Part shown: piece by piece, positions 41,720-55,575 of the stretch
Numbering within the stretch: the first letter of the stretch is position 1
Layout of the letters: every line of letters begins with the position of its first letter
Assembly (NCBI GenBank): GCA_018398765.1
Contig: JAHBMJ010000443.1
Coordinates: forward strand, 1 to 64,000
DNA length: 64,000 bases
Source of the DNA: Chromera velia
Lineage: Eukaryota
Direction of reading: 5' to 3'
Position numbers and translations under genes: made by a program
The notes under the pieces: generated by a model
Seen by the model: the letters and a program-made list of their open reading frames with translations, nothing else
Told to the model about the DNA's origin: nothing
Database searches by the model: none

Positions 41720-42688
41720 CAAGGGAGACGTGGAAGTGAGATTTCGTACGAAAAACGGAACTCGCTTCAAATTCCCCCTCCACTTTGAGGGCAAGAGCAT
41801 TTCTCCTCTCCGTACCCCACTTCAAGATCACCTGTCCGTGGACAGAAAAGAGAGAAGCAAACACGTACTTTCATCTGACAACCGCAAGAGACAGCTAGCC
41901 GCCCTGACTCATGCACTCACTCACCTCCAGGAGGCCATCAAGGACCCTTCCGATGAGGAGCTTGGTGGTCTCCGTGAGTGAGTCGAGGATGTCGGCAGGC
42001 AGGGCGGTGGCTCTGACGGGAACTCTGGATGTCAGCAGGTCGGCATAGGAAGGATCCAGGGGGGTCAGGGCGTCTGCCACGTCGGTGTAACGGAGACGGC
42101 CGTCCCCAACACGGGAGAATCTGCATAAAGAACAAGAGGAACACAAACACACCCAATACACAAAACCGCACAGCAAGGCAAGCAGCAGAAGCTAGGGGAG
42201 CACCTGCACGCCCGTCTTCTTCTGGCTTGTGACGACGTTGCCTGCCTACGTCTCAACTATCTTCGGCACATTCCATATCTCATTTCAAGACGCAGTTCAG
42301 ATTGGAAAGACCTTTCCATCAAGAGATCTTCTGCTTAATTGTTTTTTGTATCCAACATTCCTTCCTGCATGATTGTAATCGATTTCCCACCCACGCACAA
42401 ACAAACCTCTTGACAAGGGAGTCCAGATAAGGGCTGTCAGGGTAGACTCCGAAGAGTCTGAAGGCGATCTTCATCTCCCATGAGGAGGCGAAACCTTTGT
42501 GGTCTTCGTCGCAGAGACGGAAGAAGTCGAGGAGACAGAAGTCGGGTCTCATGGCGAGGTCGGACTTGAGCCTCTCGACCTCTCTGTTCAGAATCATCTG
42601 CTCCTTGAAAGCAGTGGCGACCTGGAAGGATTCAACCAAAAGAAGGGTGGTGAAGAAAAGATCAAATGCTGATAAAGCAAAATAAAAC

Positions 42689-42719
<31 letters not shown>

Positions 42720-45700
42720 GCAACCCAGAATCACTGTGAGACAGTGCACCCCCTCGAGTATCTCCCTCCTCACCTTCCTCTCGACTGGGAGCAGCATGCT
42801 GGTGGTGGTCATGGGTCTGGGGGACCTGGGGAAGGTGGCCAGGTGGCGGTCGTACTCGCAAGTGGCCAGAGGGCTGGAGGGTCTGTAGGCAGATCGGATG
42901 GTGTCTGTGATGTCTCTGCGGGGAGACTGGGGGGCGCCGAGGCCGATCTCGAGGGGAGCCCCGGAGGCGGCGCGGGCAGAGACTCTCTCACTCCACCTGG
43001 GAGAGCCTCCAGGTCTCACCAGAGAGGGAGTAGAGGTGGGTCGGGGGAGCTGCAGGGAACAGAGAAGAGAAAGGAGGAGAGGCATGTGCGGACGGAGACT
43101 TACTAGCAGGAAGATAGACAGTCCCGTGAAACCATTTGGCTCGCTCATTCGCCTTGTCAAATAATCTATTCATTCCGGAAACTGGGAGGATTGATTGATT
43201 GGTAGGGCCGCTGGCAGAAAAACTGATAGCCGGATGCCGACAGCATGTCAGGAAAGGTGGAGAGCAAGCAGAAAAGGAACTGACGAATGGAATCTATAAA
43301 TGATTGACGCACGCTCTAAAGCACCTTTGCTCGCTCCACTTGGATGGAGAGAAATAGACTTCAAGAAATGGAGGGTCACAAGAAGCATCAAGAAAAAAAA
43401 AAAAGAAAAGAGAGAAGGAGAAAAGAAGGCTGACAGACTCACAGTGACGGTCCTCAGAGGAGGAGAGCTGCAAACAGAGAGAGTTTGAGGGAGGGAGGAA
43501 AAGGGGAAGAGAGACAGAGGAGGGATCATGAAGTCGAATCAGAAGAGAGAAACCATTTTCCCCTCTCTCTCTCTCTCTCTCTCTGAGAGATTGTGTGCAT
43601 CTGTCTGTGTGCGTTTCTCGTGGTCTCTTTCTTTGTATTGGCCGATTGTTGGAATGAAGTTCTATTGTCCGACGACCTCAAACAGTAGTCGTGCATTAAC
43701 GCAACAACGCTGCTGCATCAAGAAACAAAAAGGCAAAAGAGCCATAACAGAACGACCTCCGAATGAAGCCTGCCTGGAGCAACGATGGCGTTCTGTCATG
43801 ACGGAATTTGGCAGATTGACATGGAAGGAAGGTTGATTCTGCATGAAGGGAACCTCTTTGACGCCCTGACGTCATTGTGCTCACACAGATATTGAAGGGA
43901 CTCACGAGAGGATGGAGCGGGCAGCTCTGGGGGAGTAGGTGGTGGAGGCGTCAGCCAGGGACCTGCAGTCAGTCAGTGATGCATTCGAATGATCAAGCAC
44001 CCCCCTCTCTCCAGTCTCTTTCAAAGTACTGCACGGGGAAAAGAAGGGAAAATAAGGGCCTGTAAAAGAGAAAACACACATATGAAAGCAAGGAAGAACG
44101 ACAACTTTCAAAAGAGGACGGGGAAGTGAGAATGCATTTGTATGGCTTGTACACACACAGATAGATAAAAGGGCCACAGAGAGCGCGAGAAAGAGAGAAA
44201 GAGAGAGAGAGAGAAAGAGGCCAGAACTGACGGAGAGATCTTCAGAGGGGGGTCCTTGAATCCCTCCGGCATCACTGCCTGTCTATACTCGAAGTAGCTC
44301 AGCCGTCTGTCACCGTCCTTGTCGAATCTGCACGAGTACACGCAGCAAGAAAGACCCAGGGGCAGGCACCAAATCAATATCTTGTACAGAAAAGATAGGA
44401 AGGGAATGTACACTGAAATCAAGACACAAAGAAAGATCAATGCCACCCTTCGTCTCCCTTTAATTCAAGAAATGGTGCACAGCCTCTGAACGTGTCCTCG
44501 TGAGACATTTTCGACCCCCAGAGCTTCTGCTGTCGGTTAACTATTGGCAGGTCTCGAAGTAGCCAAGCAGGCAGGTGGGCAGGCAGAGAGAAAGAGAAAA
44601 AGCCGTGGAGGCCTGCGGCAGGCAGACCTTCTGAGGATTCCCTTGAGGTCTGTGGAGAGGACGCCTGCAATGCGGCGGCTGAATGCCTCGGTGAGTCCCC
44701 CAGGGGTGAGGTACCCCTCGTTCCTTGAGTCCAGGAGACGGAAGCCGTCGAGCAGGTGGAAGTCGATGCGCGCAAACAGAGCGCGGCGCTTCAGCTCCAG
44801 GTGTCTATTGGTGTCGACCTCCTGTCTCAACAGTAGATTCAGGAAGTGCTGAGTTGTGTGGTTGGGGAGAGTGGACGTCAGGGCGTAACGAGAGCGCTCG
44901 CTGGCGAGGTTTCTCAGGGTAGGGTCCTGCAGAGAGAGACAAGAGAAGGGAGATTTGACGATGTGAGCAAAAACAATACATGATTTTGCATCGTATGCAT
45001 CTCGTATATGTCGGTATGGAAACCTGCCAAGAGGGACAGTGAAAAGGAACATTCGACTCTGCCTGTGAGGAAATGCCTACTCGGAAGGGTGCTTTGACAG
45101 AGAATTTTGGAATATTTGTGCTTGTGACCCTTTCTCTGCTCGCAATTTGGTGACAAAAGAAGTACCGAGACCCGTGCTGCTTTGGGTCTGCCTGCATGGA
45201 CACATGTGGTGTGAGGAGGTGCGCCAGTGAAAACGAAGACAAGTAAGACTACCACTGACCGCGCAGAGAACGCCCTCCGCAAACCTGCAGACAGGCACAG
45301 CAGAAGACAGTGCAGAAATGCACTCTGATACAGACGAGCACAGGTACTTTGAGCAGAGTTGAAATGACGAAACTCGCCAAGACTGCGCCACGCACCAGCA
45401 ACATACATACATACACCAAGTGTCTGACCTACACCGAAACAAGCAACCACTGTCTTGCCTCACAGTCAGGCTTCTGTGTCTCGACTGACTCGTGGGGGGA
45501 GAGTCTGTCATCTCCGTCCTTGTCGAATGTTCTCACGAGAGCGAAAACGTCGGCATCAGACACATAGGGGTCGAACCTGGCCAGGAAGGTTGCCAGGTCA
45601 GTCGCTGCAGTCAGAAGAAACCAAGATGCAGTCGAAGCCGTGAGGGAAGCTATTCACAGAAAAGGCAGAGAGAAGAGCAAAGACGACAACACCGACCTGT

Positions 45701-45967
45701 GAGATACCCCTTCGAGTAGGTGTCCAGGTACCGGAAGGTTGCGTAGGGCTCGAAGGTCTCCTTGGCGCAAAGGCTGCGACGTGTCTTCTCCAACTGCACA
45801 GATGCATATATATATAGACGCACAGCGTGGAAGAGAAGATACGGAAAAGAACGGGGAGGGTCTAAGGAGGCTTCCGGAGTAAAGAGAGAAGCACGGACCT
45901 CGTACTCCTTGTCGGCCACGCAGGCGAAGAAGGAGAGGAGATCGGTCTCGGCGTCGAATGTCAACAT
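40871..45967 (-). CDS. Multi-exon EF-hand calcium-binding protein with four repeated helix + EF-hand-pair modules
   Basis: Starts MLTFDAETDLL. Spliced exons give loops DTYSKGYL, DKDGDDRL, DSRNEGYL, DKDGDRRL, DEDHKGFA, SRVGDGRL, DRDGDGYV. Probable last exon FLGELAPRI*. Confidence 0.85.
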
Positions 45968-47100
45968 TGTGTAAGGTGGTCAAAGGAAAGATGAGATGCT
46001 CTTCCCAACTCTTTTCGAGCACGGCACTTCTCCTTGTTTGAGCCAGAGGGGTAAGAAACACTTCAAACAGAGAATTCAGGGTATGTTCAAGCACAAACGT
46101 TCGAAGCTTTGTACAACTTGGCGGCTTCCACGAGAACAGCACACAGCGACAGAGGCCCTTTATAATTGCTGTCCATATGCATCCATGCATGCATGCGCCT
46201 GCATGCATGAAGCAAAAAGCCGATCTCAAAAAAAAAGGAGGGAACTAAATTAAGATGGAATTTCGCGCTGAATGTCGCGCGCGCGGGAACATCTGCGGTA
46301 CCTTTTTTTGTCAACGCGTCGATTACACATGCATGTACGACCTGACGCTCAGTCTCGGACAGTGCCTGGCTCCTGTCAGAGCAGTCGATGAGCAGAATCG
46401 CTCCTAGTTTTTGAAAACTGGAAGAGAAAGACCATTTGGACAAATTAGGTTAGATTTAAGTTACGTATATATGGGGACAATGTCAGACGCGGTACTACTA
46501 TATGGCAGTAGGATGTGATAGACAGCAAACCGCAAATGATTACAAATATTCAATTATAAACTAGGTTAGATCCACCTCTCATATATGGGAACGCGGCACA
46601 CATGAAAAAACCCTCAATCATCAATTATAAACGATCATGCACTCGCAAACTATTCTTCACACATGCAGAATCCAACTGCGTTTAACTTAAATTTAATATT
46701 TTTTTTTTTAAAGATGGAAAATGGATTATTGAAAATTAAATTAAAAAATCAAAAATCCACTAGACAAACGTCTACCACTTACTCAACAATTAATTGGAAT
46801 TTAAATAATAAGTGTCTAATATATATGCTTCTAGATTCCTAATAATTCTTAGCTAAATTCAAGCTAACTAGCTTTTAGTATACTTTTATATGAATCTTAA
46901 ATTCAAGTTTAAGTTCTATATAACATCATATTTTTTCATAATATATACCTAGATATATATATCACTATTAAAAACCTATTAAATACTATAAACTCTTCAA
47001 TTTTTTATTGAACACATCTAAATGGTTCAAAAATTTGAGAAAACTTTTTAACTTTCTCCTGTTAGGATTGAATGGCAATGAGACTCGGACATGACCAATG

Positions 47101-47107
47101 ATACACA

Positions 47108-47160
<53 letters not shown>

Positions 47161-47170
47161 TGTAGACACA

Positions 47171-47244
<74 letters not shown>

Positions 47245-47260
47245 CACACACGCTCATACA
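47101..47260. repeat. Compound (CA)n(GA)n(CA)n microsatellite
   Basis: Directly visible. Confidence 0.95.
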
Positions 47261-47814
47261 TACTCATACGCACTCATGCATACACGCACATACGCATATA
47301 CTCACACACACCCCACCCCAGTGCCCCCCACCCCCCCCAAACACACAAATACATACGCACACATACTAACGTGCAAACACACAAACGCACAGACACTCAA
47401 ACACAGAAACACATATGTTCATCATGATACGAAAAGGCGCATGCAACCTCTCAAGGTGTTCTTCAAAGCTTGCTTCAGAGTTCTCTGCGACTGAGTCACT
47501 TCTTACTTTTCTCTTCTTTTTTTTTTTCAAACGGCCCATCACTGCAGAAGGAAAGCACGCTCAAAACTTCAGCCAAAGGACTTCACAAGGGATTTTGAAC
47601 GAGAGTTGGAAAGGCTACGTCGGTGTGTTTTAGCGACGTAGAGTGAACCATAGTTGAAGAGCAAGAATGCACACGGAAAGTCTGCGCCTGACAACATTAA
47701 TTTCAAGTTGGCCTCTGTACACCTTTCCAGGGAAGATGATATCGGCATGCAGGCTTCGCTACTCGAACCCCTTTTGAGTCCAACAATTTCAATCATGATT
47801 TCTTTGAAATTCTC

Positions 47815-48322
47815 TCAAATACATGCGCAGAGCATGTAACGATTGGGCGCCCAAGAAGAACAGTGGGGGCACACCATTGTGCACTGGTGTGACGCTGGGG
47901 CTCCCTGTTCTCGCCAACAAGTATCTGCGTCAGTGTCCACCTGTGGTGACGCTCCTCGAGGAGAACCCCCGATACCATTTCGATTGAAGCTAATCGAACG
48001 AGAAGTCCCCTCAGCGTAGGCCAAGTTTTGGTTCGCGTTGGCTGCGGCTGTTTCACACATCGTTCTGCTGTTGATGGTCTGCCTCGAAAAACTGCTGCAT
48101 GATCTGTTGGCGTTCGCACAGGCCGTGTTGCAGTTGGCCACTGTGAGCTTCGACCATATCCACGCAACTGCATGCATGGATGGATCCAGCAGGCAGGCAG
48201 GCATCGGACCGCAAAGAAGGAAAAAAATCAGAGGCTGAATTGTGTGGGGCTGGTGGTGAGTGTGCGTATGCACACGTGTGTGTATGTGTGAGTGAGTGAG
48301 TGAATGTGAGTGCGCGTTTCTC

Positions 48323-48381
<59 letters not shown>

Positions 48382-48388
48382 ATCTGTT

Positions 48389-48420
<32 letters not shown>

Positions 48421-48460
48421 CCTCTCTGTCTCTCTCTCTCTGCCTGCCTGCCTGCCTGCC

Positions 48461-48492
<32 letters not shown>

Positions 48493-48656
48493 GGTCTGTC
48501 TGTCTCTCGATCTGCCTATCTATCTCCGTTGCAAATCTGTGTGTGTTCATGCGTATGTGTACGAATACGTGGCTGTGTGAGCATGCGAGCAATTTGTAGT
48601 GTGTGAGTGCGTATGTTTGTAGTGTGTGAGTGCGTATGTTTGTAGTGTGTGAGTAC

Positions 48657-48697
<41 letters not shown>

Positions 48698-49795
48698 TGG
48701 GGGTGGGTGGGTGATATCGTCTGTTTGGGTTATGCATGTTGTGAGTGGGCGTGTGTATGTCCTGTGTATGTCTGTGTGCATGTCGTAGCTCGGAAGCAAA
48801 GACGTTCAGTGACAGCATACTGACCTCCGCCCGTGGTCCTTCCAAGCTTGCGCACGGTTGTGGTGGTGGTAGTAGTAGTCGTTGTGGTAGTGGTAGTGGT
48901 GGTGGTAGTAGTAGTCGTAGTGGTTGTGGTCGTGGTTGTTGTTGTTGTGGTGGTGGTAGTAGTACTGGTGGTAGTGGTGGTAGTGGTGGTAGTGGTTGTG
49001 GTGGTGGTGGTGGTGGTGGTAGTAGTAGTAGTGGTTGTGGTAGTGGTAGGGGTAGTGGTTGTGGTTGTGGTGGCGACTGTGGTGCTGCTCTGATTCTCCT
49101 CGTCGGACGGGCGGCTGATTGCGGTGGGGGTCTCAACAGTTCCCCAAAGCTTTTGCTTCTCTTCCTGGGCCTCTGCAATATCTGTAGTATCACCTTCCTG
49201 CCTCTGCCGAATACCTCTGAGGAGGAAAAATCCCAAAGAAAAACCCCCAGAAACAAAACTGCTTTCTGCATTGTCCCACAGCGCGCTGTAAGTAGTCTCG
49301 TCACCCCCCTCCATCCATGCATTCTGTTCATTTCCTGCCTGATATAAGAGGGACCAAACTTGGTCGGTAGACTTTGTGTCATCTGTCTCTAAAGTCACAT
49401 CCACCCACAGACTCTCCATCCCTCCCGCCGCACTCTGCAACGCCCTCCCCCACATATCACCCCTCTGCGTCTCTGATGCGCTTGTTGAATCGGCTTCCTG
49501 TTTACTTGTCGTTGTCAACAGCCTTCTGAAGTCTGCTGATGGGGAGTCTGCAAGTCGAGCACGCACTTCTGAGAGCTTCTCCACGCCACTGAGCGCCAAA
49601 AACCTCTTCATTGCCTCGGCACTGAGAGAGATGAGGGCTTCCATATCGGCCGTCCCCGAGAGCCTTCGTCCACCCGAGCCAGAGTGCTGCACGCCAACTT
49701 CCACTCGGGCTTCAGTGGCTGTCAGGGGAAAATTTTGAGGGGAAAGCAAGTACCTGCAGGAGCGCAAAGTCCCCAGCACAAAAGACCTGAGACGA

Positions 49796-49851
<56 letters not shown>

Positions 49852-49922
49852 TCTCTCTCTCTCTCGCTCGCTCTCTGTCTCCTCTCTCTCTCTCTCTCTC
49901 TCGCTTGCTCGCTCGCTCTCTG

Positions 49923-50011
<89 letters not shown>

Positions 50012-50015
50012 CGTG

Positions 50016-50066
<51 letters not shown>

Positions 50067-50615
50067 TGCTCGCTCGCTCCAGCAATCGATCGAGAGAGAA
50101 AACAAGTTGTTGAGTTCTTAGCAACACACACTAGGTTTTTAGGAGGAAGGCAAAGAAGATTTGTTTCAGTTTTGAGCACGCAGTTTCAAAAAGGCACACA
50201 GGGAGCGTTTCAATTCGATACAGTCCGTGTATCGCAATGGCGTCCTTCTCTGTAAAAGTCCAAATGCAAGTAGACTGCATGTCAGTGGCTCTTCGTGGGT
50301 ATCATATGCAGACGGGCATGCAGCCTGAACTTTCGCTGTCTCCAGGATGGGTTCTGAACATCGCTGTGCATACTCGACGAAGTCAACATTTCAAGTCCAT
50401 CGATCAACGCGCTGAGCTGCCACGATGCCCTCAGGCTGTCACCCATGTATGTGCTGCCAAATGCGTGCCACGTGTGACAATCAACATCGAGGTAGTGCTG
50501 TTCTTTCTGCTCGAGGGCAGTCAAGCCTTTAAAACTTGCTTCATACAGTCACTGCCATCATGCATGGTCTGTCTTCACATCAACAATCATGCCCTCGTGT
50601 AGGAAAGCATCGCAT

Positions 50616-50647
<32 letters not shown>

Positions 50648-51882
50648 TTTTTTTCCTCGCAGGCTAACCACACGAGAAGGGCCAGGAGCGCTCCCACAAC
50701 TGCGCATCCAATGCCAAGAAGGAGAAGCCAAACCCAACAGGGACACAGAGCGAGGAAGCGACGGCATTTTCGTCTTCTATCCGAGTCCCCCTTCTCCTTC
50801 TCCCCCTTTTCATCCGTCACATCTTCCACCTTGATGACCACATGTGCTGGGTCTTCGTTTGTCTGCCGGTCCTCTTTTGAAAGGGGGGTCTGAGTGTCAT
50901 GCCACACAAAAATAGGCTTTTTGGGACCGGCACCTTCCCCCTCGGCCTTTCTCCAGTCTCTCTTCCCCTTCCTCCCGCTCACATGTGAACTTTCTGCCTC
51001 TGTCCGCACATCGTCCCCCTCAGAGTCGGGGACAGAGGGGAGGGCCCCGGTCTGGAGGACGTAGGGAGCCCGTCTCTCGAACTGGGTGGCACGAGGCTCA
51101 GCGCTCGGAGGTGTCGTCTGAGAACGGCGCCGTGCCTGGGTCCGCTCATGAGGGGGATAGCTGGAGAGTTCCAGTGACGGATGGCCCTGGGGACTTTTGG
51201 ACTTGCTCAGGGAGTGAAAGTGAGGACCGGCTGCACGAGAATTACGCGGAATGCCACGCGTGCGTTGGCAAAGAGAGCAGAAAAGAGACAGGACGAGTCA
51301 TCGATCTGTTCACTGCATGGCTTTCGCTGATCCACAGACGAGCTTCAAGACTAAGCTACACACAGTTATGAGGAAAGAAATAGAAGGAGGTACATGTATT
51401 TCTCGACATACATCGAAAGGACCCAGGCAACAGCAAAAGCCAGGAAGAAGACGGAGGATATATTTTTCTTATAAAGGTGCATGTCGTTTGCAAATGCACG
51501 AGACTAGAAAAGGCGACTCGCTGCAAAAGCGTGAAGAGAACGTGAATATTTCTGACAAGACTCCTGCAGTGCTTTTCACAGTCGGGAAAAAATGTTTGAG
51601 CGCACTTCAAAGACATGCAGCCCTACACACGAGCAAGAAAGTCGATCGTCATTCCTGAAGTTTGCCTGACCTTTCCGGGGCGGTTTGTTTTCTGCCGAAT
51701 ATATAGGTCTGCCCGGGAAGTGGTGGTAAATGAGACAGATCTGCATCCAGACATGTCCAGAACAAAATTCCTGATATTGTATGAGAGTCAGTTGGATTCG
51801 AACAAAAGGGCTGGGAAGAACAGAAGTGCTCACACTGAAGAGGATCTTCCTTCTCCACTTTTTTCTCTCGAAGAGGGGCCAT
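47815..51882 (-). CDS. Putative type II membrane mucin-like protein: cytoplasmic N-terminus, TM helix, poly-Thr stalk, Cys-rich C-terminal domain (5' end uncertain)
   Basis: Exon ~51230-50665 ends RRRKCRRFLALCPCWVWLLLLGIGCAVVGALLALLV (basic residues then TM). Exon ~49720-48825 contains ~70 Thr. Last exon ~48170-47815 is Cys-rich, ending CPHCSSWAPNRYMLCACI*. Confidence 0.7.
49795..50062. repeat. Compound (CT)n(GT)n(CT)n microsatellite, intronic
   Basis: Directly visible. Confidence 0.95.
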
Positions 51883-52506
51883 TGCATTCCTCCCTTGTAG
51901 ACCGCGGCAAAGCGACTAAGAGAGAGATACGATTATATGCTTCCAAGTCGACAAAAGACGCTGGAGGGACAGAGTGTTGTGCAAGAGTCCTACAGTCCCG
52001 CCAAGCAATCTTTATACTCTGAGTCTTTGTCCGAAAGGAGACTGTTCGGTGTGACGCACGTCAAAACGGGATACGCATGCATGCAACCATGCAGTTGGGC
52101 GAGTGCCTCGGAGATGCCTCGGAGGGCCGTTGCTTGGGGGCCCGCGTCTTCCTTAGATTGCATCGCAGGGCGGGCGGCGACAGTAGACGAATAGACGAAA
52201 GTAGACGAAAGTCTGCCAAGACGAGACGATAGCCCCTATAGTTCTTATCTCTTGTGAATCCTATAGCATGTAAAACAATCTCAGGCTCTCAACCCTAAGG
52301 ATGATCCCGCATCGAGGCCTTTGCAAAAGCAACGCTAAAATAGAGCGGGAAAATGTTTTGTCTATGGTGCAAAGCGGATGTCAGATAACTGGTATGCAGG
52401 TCTAGGGCTCCAGCCCCGAACACAATGTAATCCTGTAATCCTAATGCACAACTGATTAGAATTATAATGAATCAATAAAAAAAATAAATATATACCATGT
52501 ATTGTA

Positions 52507-53037
52507 CCCCCCTATCACTATCGACTGAAACTTCTTTGGAGATTCAAGTTCAGCCTAAGTTCTGCGCTTTTCACCTATAAAGTTCAAGTCTATTCCGAAG
52601 TTCTACGCTACGTCAATCTTTACTAGTGTTTAATACCACAGTGTAACCACATATTGTCTTATATGAAATTTGACAGTCAGTCTTTCTCCTGCGCCTAGTC
52701 CTGCGCGAAACTTCCACGTGCTGTCTTGACGTAGCGACGTACTGGTCAAACGCAACTGCCCTTTTCACTTTGGTAATGGCCAAAGATCCCTCTATCCACC
52801 TCTGTCGTCGTCAGCTTTTATACTTTCAACTCTCTCTTAGTTTCTTCTTCTGTGAGCTAGGCTGTCTAAACCTCCTTCTTCAACCACTCACTTTCTCTCT
52901 GTACTAACTTCTGTCCTGCACTCCTCTGAAGTTCTGCACCCTTTATCTCAAAGCACACTCTGAACTTCTGCAACAAAGTTCAAGACTATTCCAAACTTCT
53001 GCAGTCTCAGTTCAAGGAGTCGATAGTGACAAGGGGG
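52507..53037. mobile_element. MITE (531 bp) with 20-bp TIRs and TA target-site duplication
   Basis: TA|CCCCCCTATCACTATCGACT … AGTCGATAGTGACAAGGGGG|TA (18/20 match). Non-coding interior with repeated AAGTTC motifs. Confidence 0.85.
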
Positions 53038-55575
53038 TAATGTATTAATCATAAGTCAAACATTATTTTTTCTTCTTAGTCAGTAGTATATATAAGTATA
53101 TAAAACCTAATAGAACCCTAGAATAAGACCTTGCTAAGATTAGAACCTAGATCAGAACCTTGAGTCATTGTAAGTCACTGATATGCTCTATCAATCTAAG
53201 TTTTACAATCAAACATAAAACTCAAAATTCAACTCAGATTTAGACTCAAATAAAATCAAATCTGGTCAATTTAACGAGACCTGCACAATTACGATATACA
53301 CATAAACAATGTAAACCCAAGTTACCCTACAGCACACCTTCAAGATGTCAGAAAACATGCAGGATTCGGCTGCAGCCTGCAGGAGGTAAGAAGATCTAAA
53401 ACATGTTGATATAGATTAGTTCGGCAGAGAACGTTCATGTTATGTCATTGACTGCCAGTGATGGGTCATCAACGAAGCCCTTCAATGAGACTGTTTTGGT
53501 AGATACTGGACGAGAGGACTGTGTCAGCAGTTTTCAGCATTTGAGAGAGATTGCTGTACTAGATGCGCGATTGCTTGCGGGCACTCCCGTCTCGTCTTTA
53601 TTTGTCCATCCTCCACCCTTCTCTGGACCGACTTTTTCCTTTCTCTCTTCCCTGGCTCAATCTGATCAACATGAGAAGAAAGCAAACGATCGAAAGGAAA
53701 GACTGAGCGCTCTGTGAGCGCCCTGCACATCTGACAGTGCCACATCAGGGGTCGAGACTGTCTGCGTCATTCCCCGGGCACCCTATCTACCGCCTCTCTC
53801 CGTTGCAGAGTCACGCCTGAGGTCCAGTTTCGGCTCCGTCTCTCCACGCACACCGTAAGAAAGGGGATGGAAAGCCGTCAATCTGCTCGTTGCTTTCCTC
53901 GTCCTGCCCTCTACAGGATCGACTCCCCTCCCACAGCACTCAGGAGGACAAGCACTCCCACGATACACAAACAGGAAAACCTCCCACCCAGAGCAGAGAA
54001 AGAAAGAGACAGAACCAAGTGAGAAAGAGGCTGGGAAAGTGAGCAAGCGAGCAGATCAAGATCCGTCCTTGAACTTGCATGTGTCCATTTCTTCCTATTT
54101 CATCTCACAATGGACGGCTCTCCCGCCTTACCCCACCAAAGCTCCATTTCGACCTCCTTTCTAATTTTCTTCGAAAGGAGCTCTCTTTCCCCCCCACCCC
54201 TTCCTGTGTCCTTGTATGCCAACGGCACGCAAGGAACGAAGGCTAGGGGGTGAAGGGGAAAAGAGAGAAGAGGGAAAAGGGCTTCGTTTCTTCAGAAGCT
54301 GCATCGTTTCTCTTTTGGCCTGCCTACACCTAAATTTCTTTTTCTCTTTCTATCTGCTCTCTATCTCTTCGCGCGCGTATGTGTAACTGTGGGTGCGTGC
54401 GTCAGTGCGTGTGTGTGTATGTGTGTGTTCCGAGTTGCCAGTTCTTTTAGTCTAAAAACGTCCATCTTTCTCTCGATTCCGCCTCTTTCTCCTCCTCTCA
54501 CGCAAAGGCCACTCTCACGAGGGCCCAATGAATACTCTTCTTCGGCAATAGCAACCAACAAGCCGTGACAGAGTATTTTTTCGCGACTGATTAATTAGTT
54601 AAAGCACACAGAGGTCTAGAGGACAAAACCGGAATGGCTCGAGACCACCCTGAGGAGCAATAGGGGGGAAAGAAGGGAGAGAGAGGGGGGGTGAGGAGCA
54701 TAAGGGCAATTCGGAGGTTTTCCCATTTCCCTTCTTTTTTTCCAACAAAAAAATACACACAAAATACCGTTTTGTCTACACAGCAGAAAGCCCTGCTCTT
54801 CTCTCGCTGCGTTTCCTCTGGAAACGAGCAGGACTTCGTATAGAGAAAACAGAAAACAAAATCGTTTCAATCCAGGACCAACAAACGAATAAATACGCGT
54901 GAGACGAAGAAGGAAGAAAGCCCTCCGTTCGGGAGGAAGAAAGGCAAGAAACGAAACAAACAAACAAATGAGTGGAGGCAAATAAGAAAGACAGGAACTT
55001 CCCGCCAAACAACCGGTCGTCTCTGAACTACCGACAAATGAAGCAACCGACCATACCGAATCTCCCACACGACAACAGATGAAGTTGTCTAGATACAAAG
55101 AAAGAAGCTAGACACAGAAGCAGGGACACAACAAGACACAGGCACCGAGACGATCAATCAACGAAGGGAAAGAAGGAAAAGAAAGGAGACAAAGAAAGAG
55201 TCTCTGGATGCATTAAAAGAAGGAACGAAGACAGGATAGAAAAGTCCCTTTGGGGCTTTCTTTTCTCGTCCTTCGTTCATCAATTCAGTACGTCCTTTGT
55301 GCCACTCGCCCTCCACTTACATATCGGTACATCATAAGAAGAAACGGTAGATGAGACGAAAGGTGGACAAGAGAAAGAAAGAGAGAGTGAAAAAAAGAGG
55401 GGCAAACAGAGGTCGACGGGTCGACCATCTGTTCCACCAACGAAAGTCAGAGAGTGAACAGAAACGGTACTGCCATCTATCTTCTCTCTGCTCTTTCTCT
55501 TCAACCACTCCTGAACGGGAATTTATTTCCCCCATTCCGCTCTTTGCCCACCCTTTTTGCAACCTCCCTTTAATT

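Noticed and set aside
48590..48656. 24-bp tandem repeat (~2.7 copies)
   Set aside because: Ordinary intronic minisatellite derived from GT-rich sequence.
48745..49347. Gly/Ser/Cys-rich (keratin-associated-like) and poly-Val ORFs on + strand
   Set aside because: Antisense shadows of the poly-Thr exon on the minus strand.
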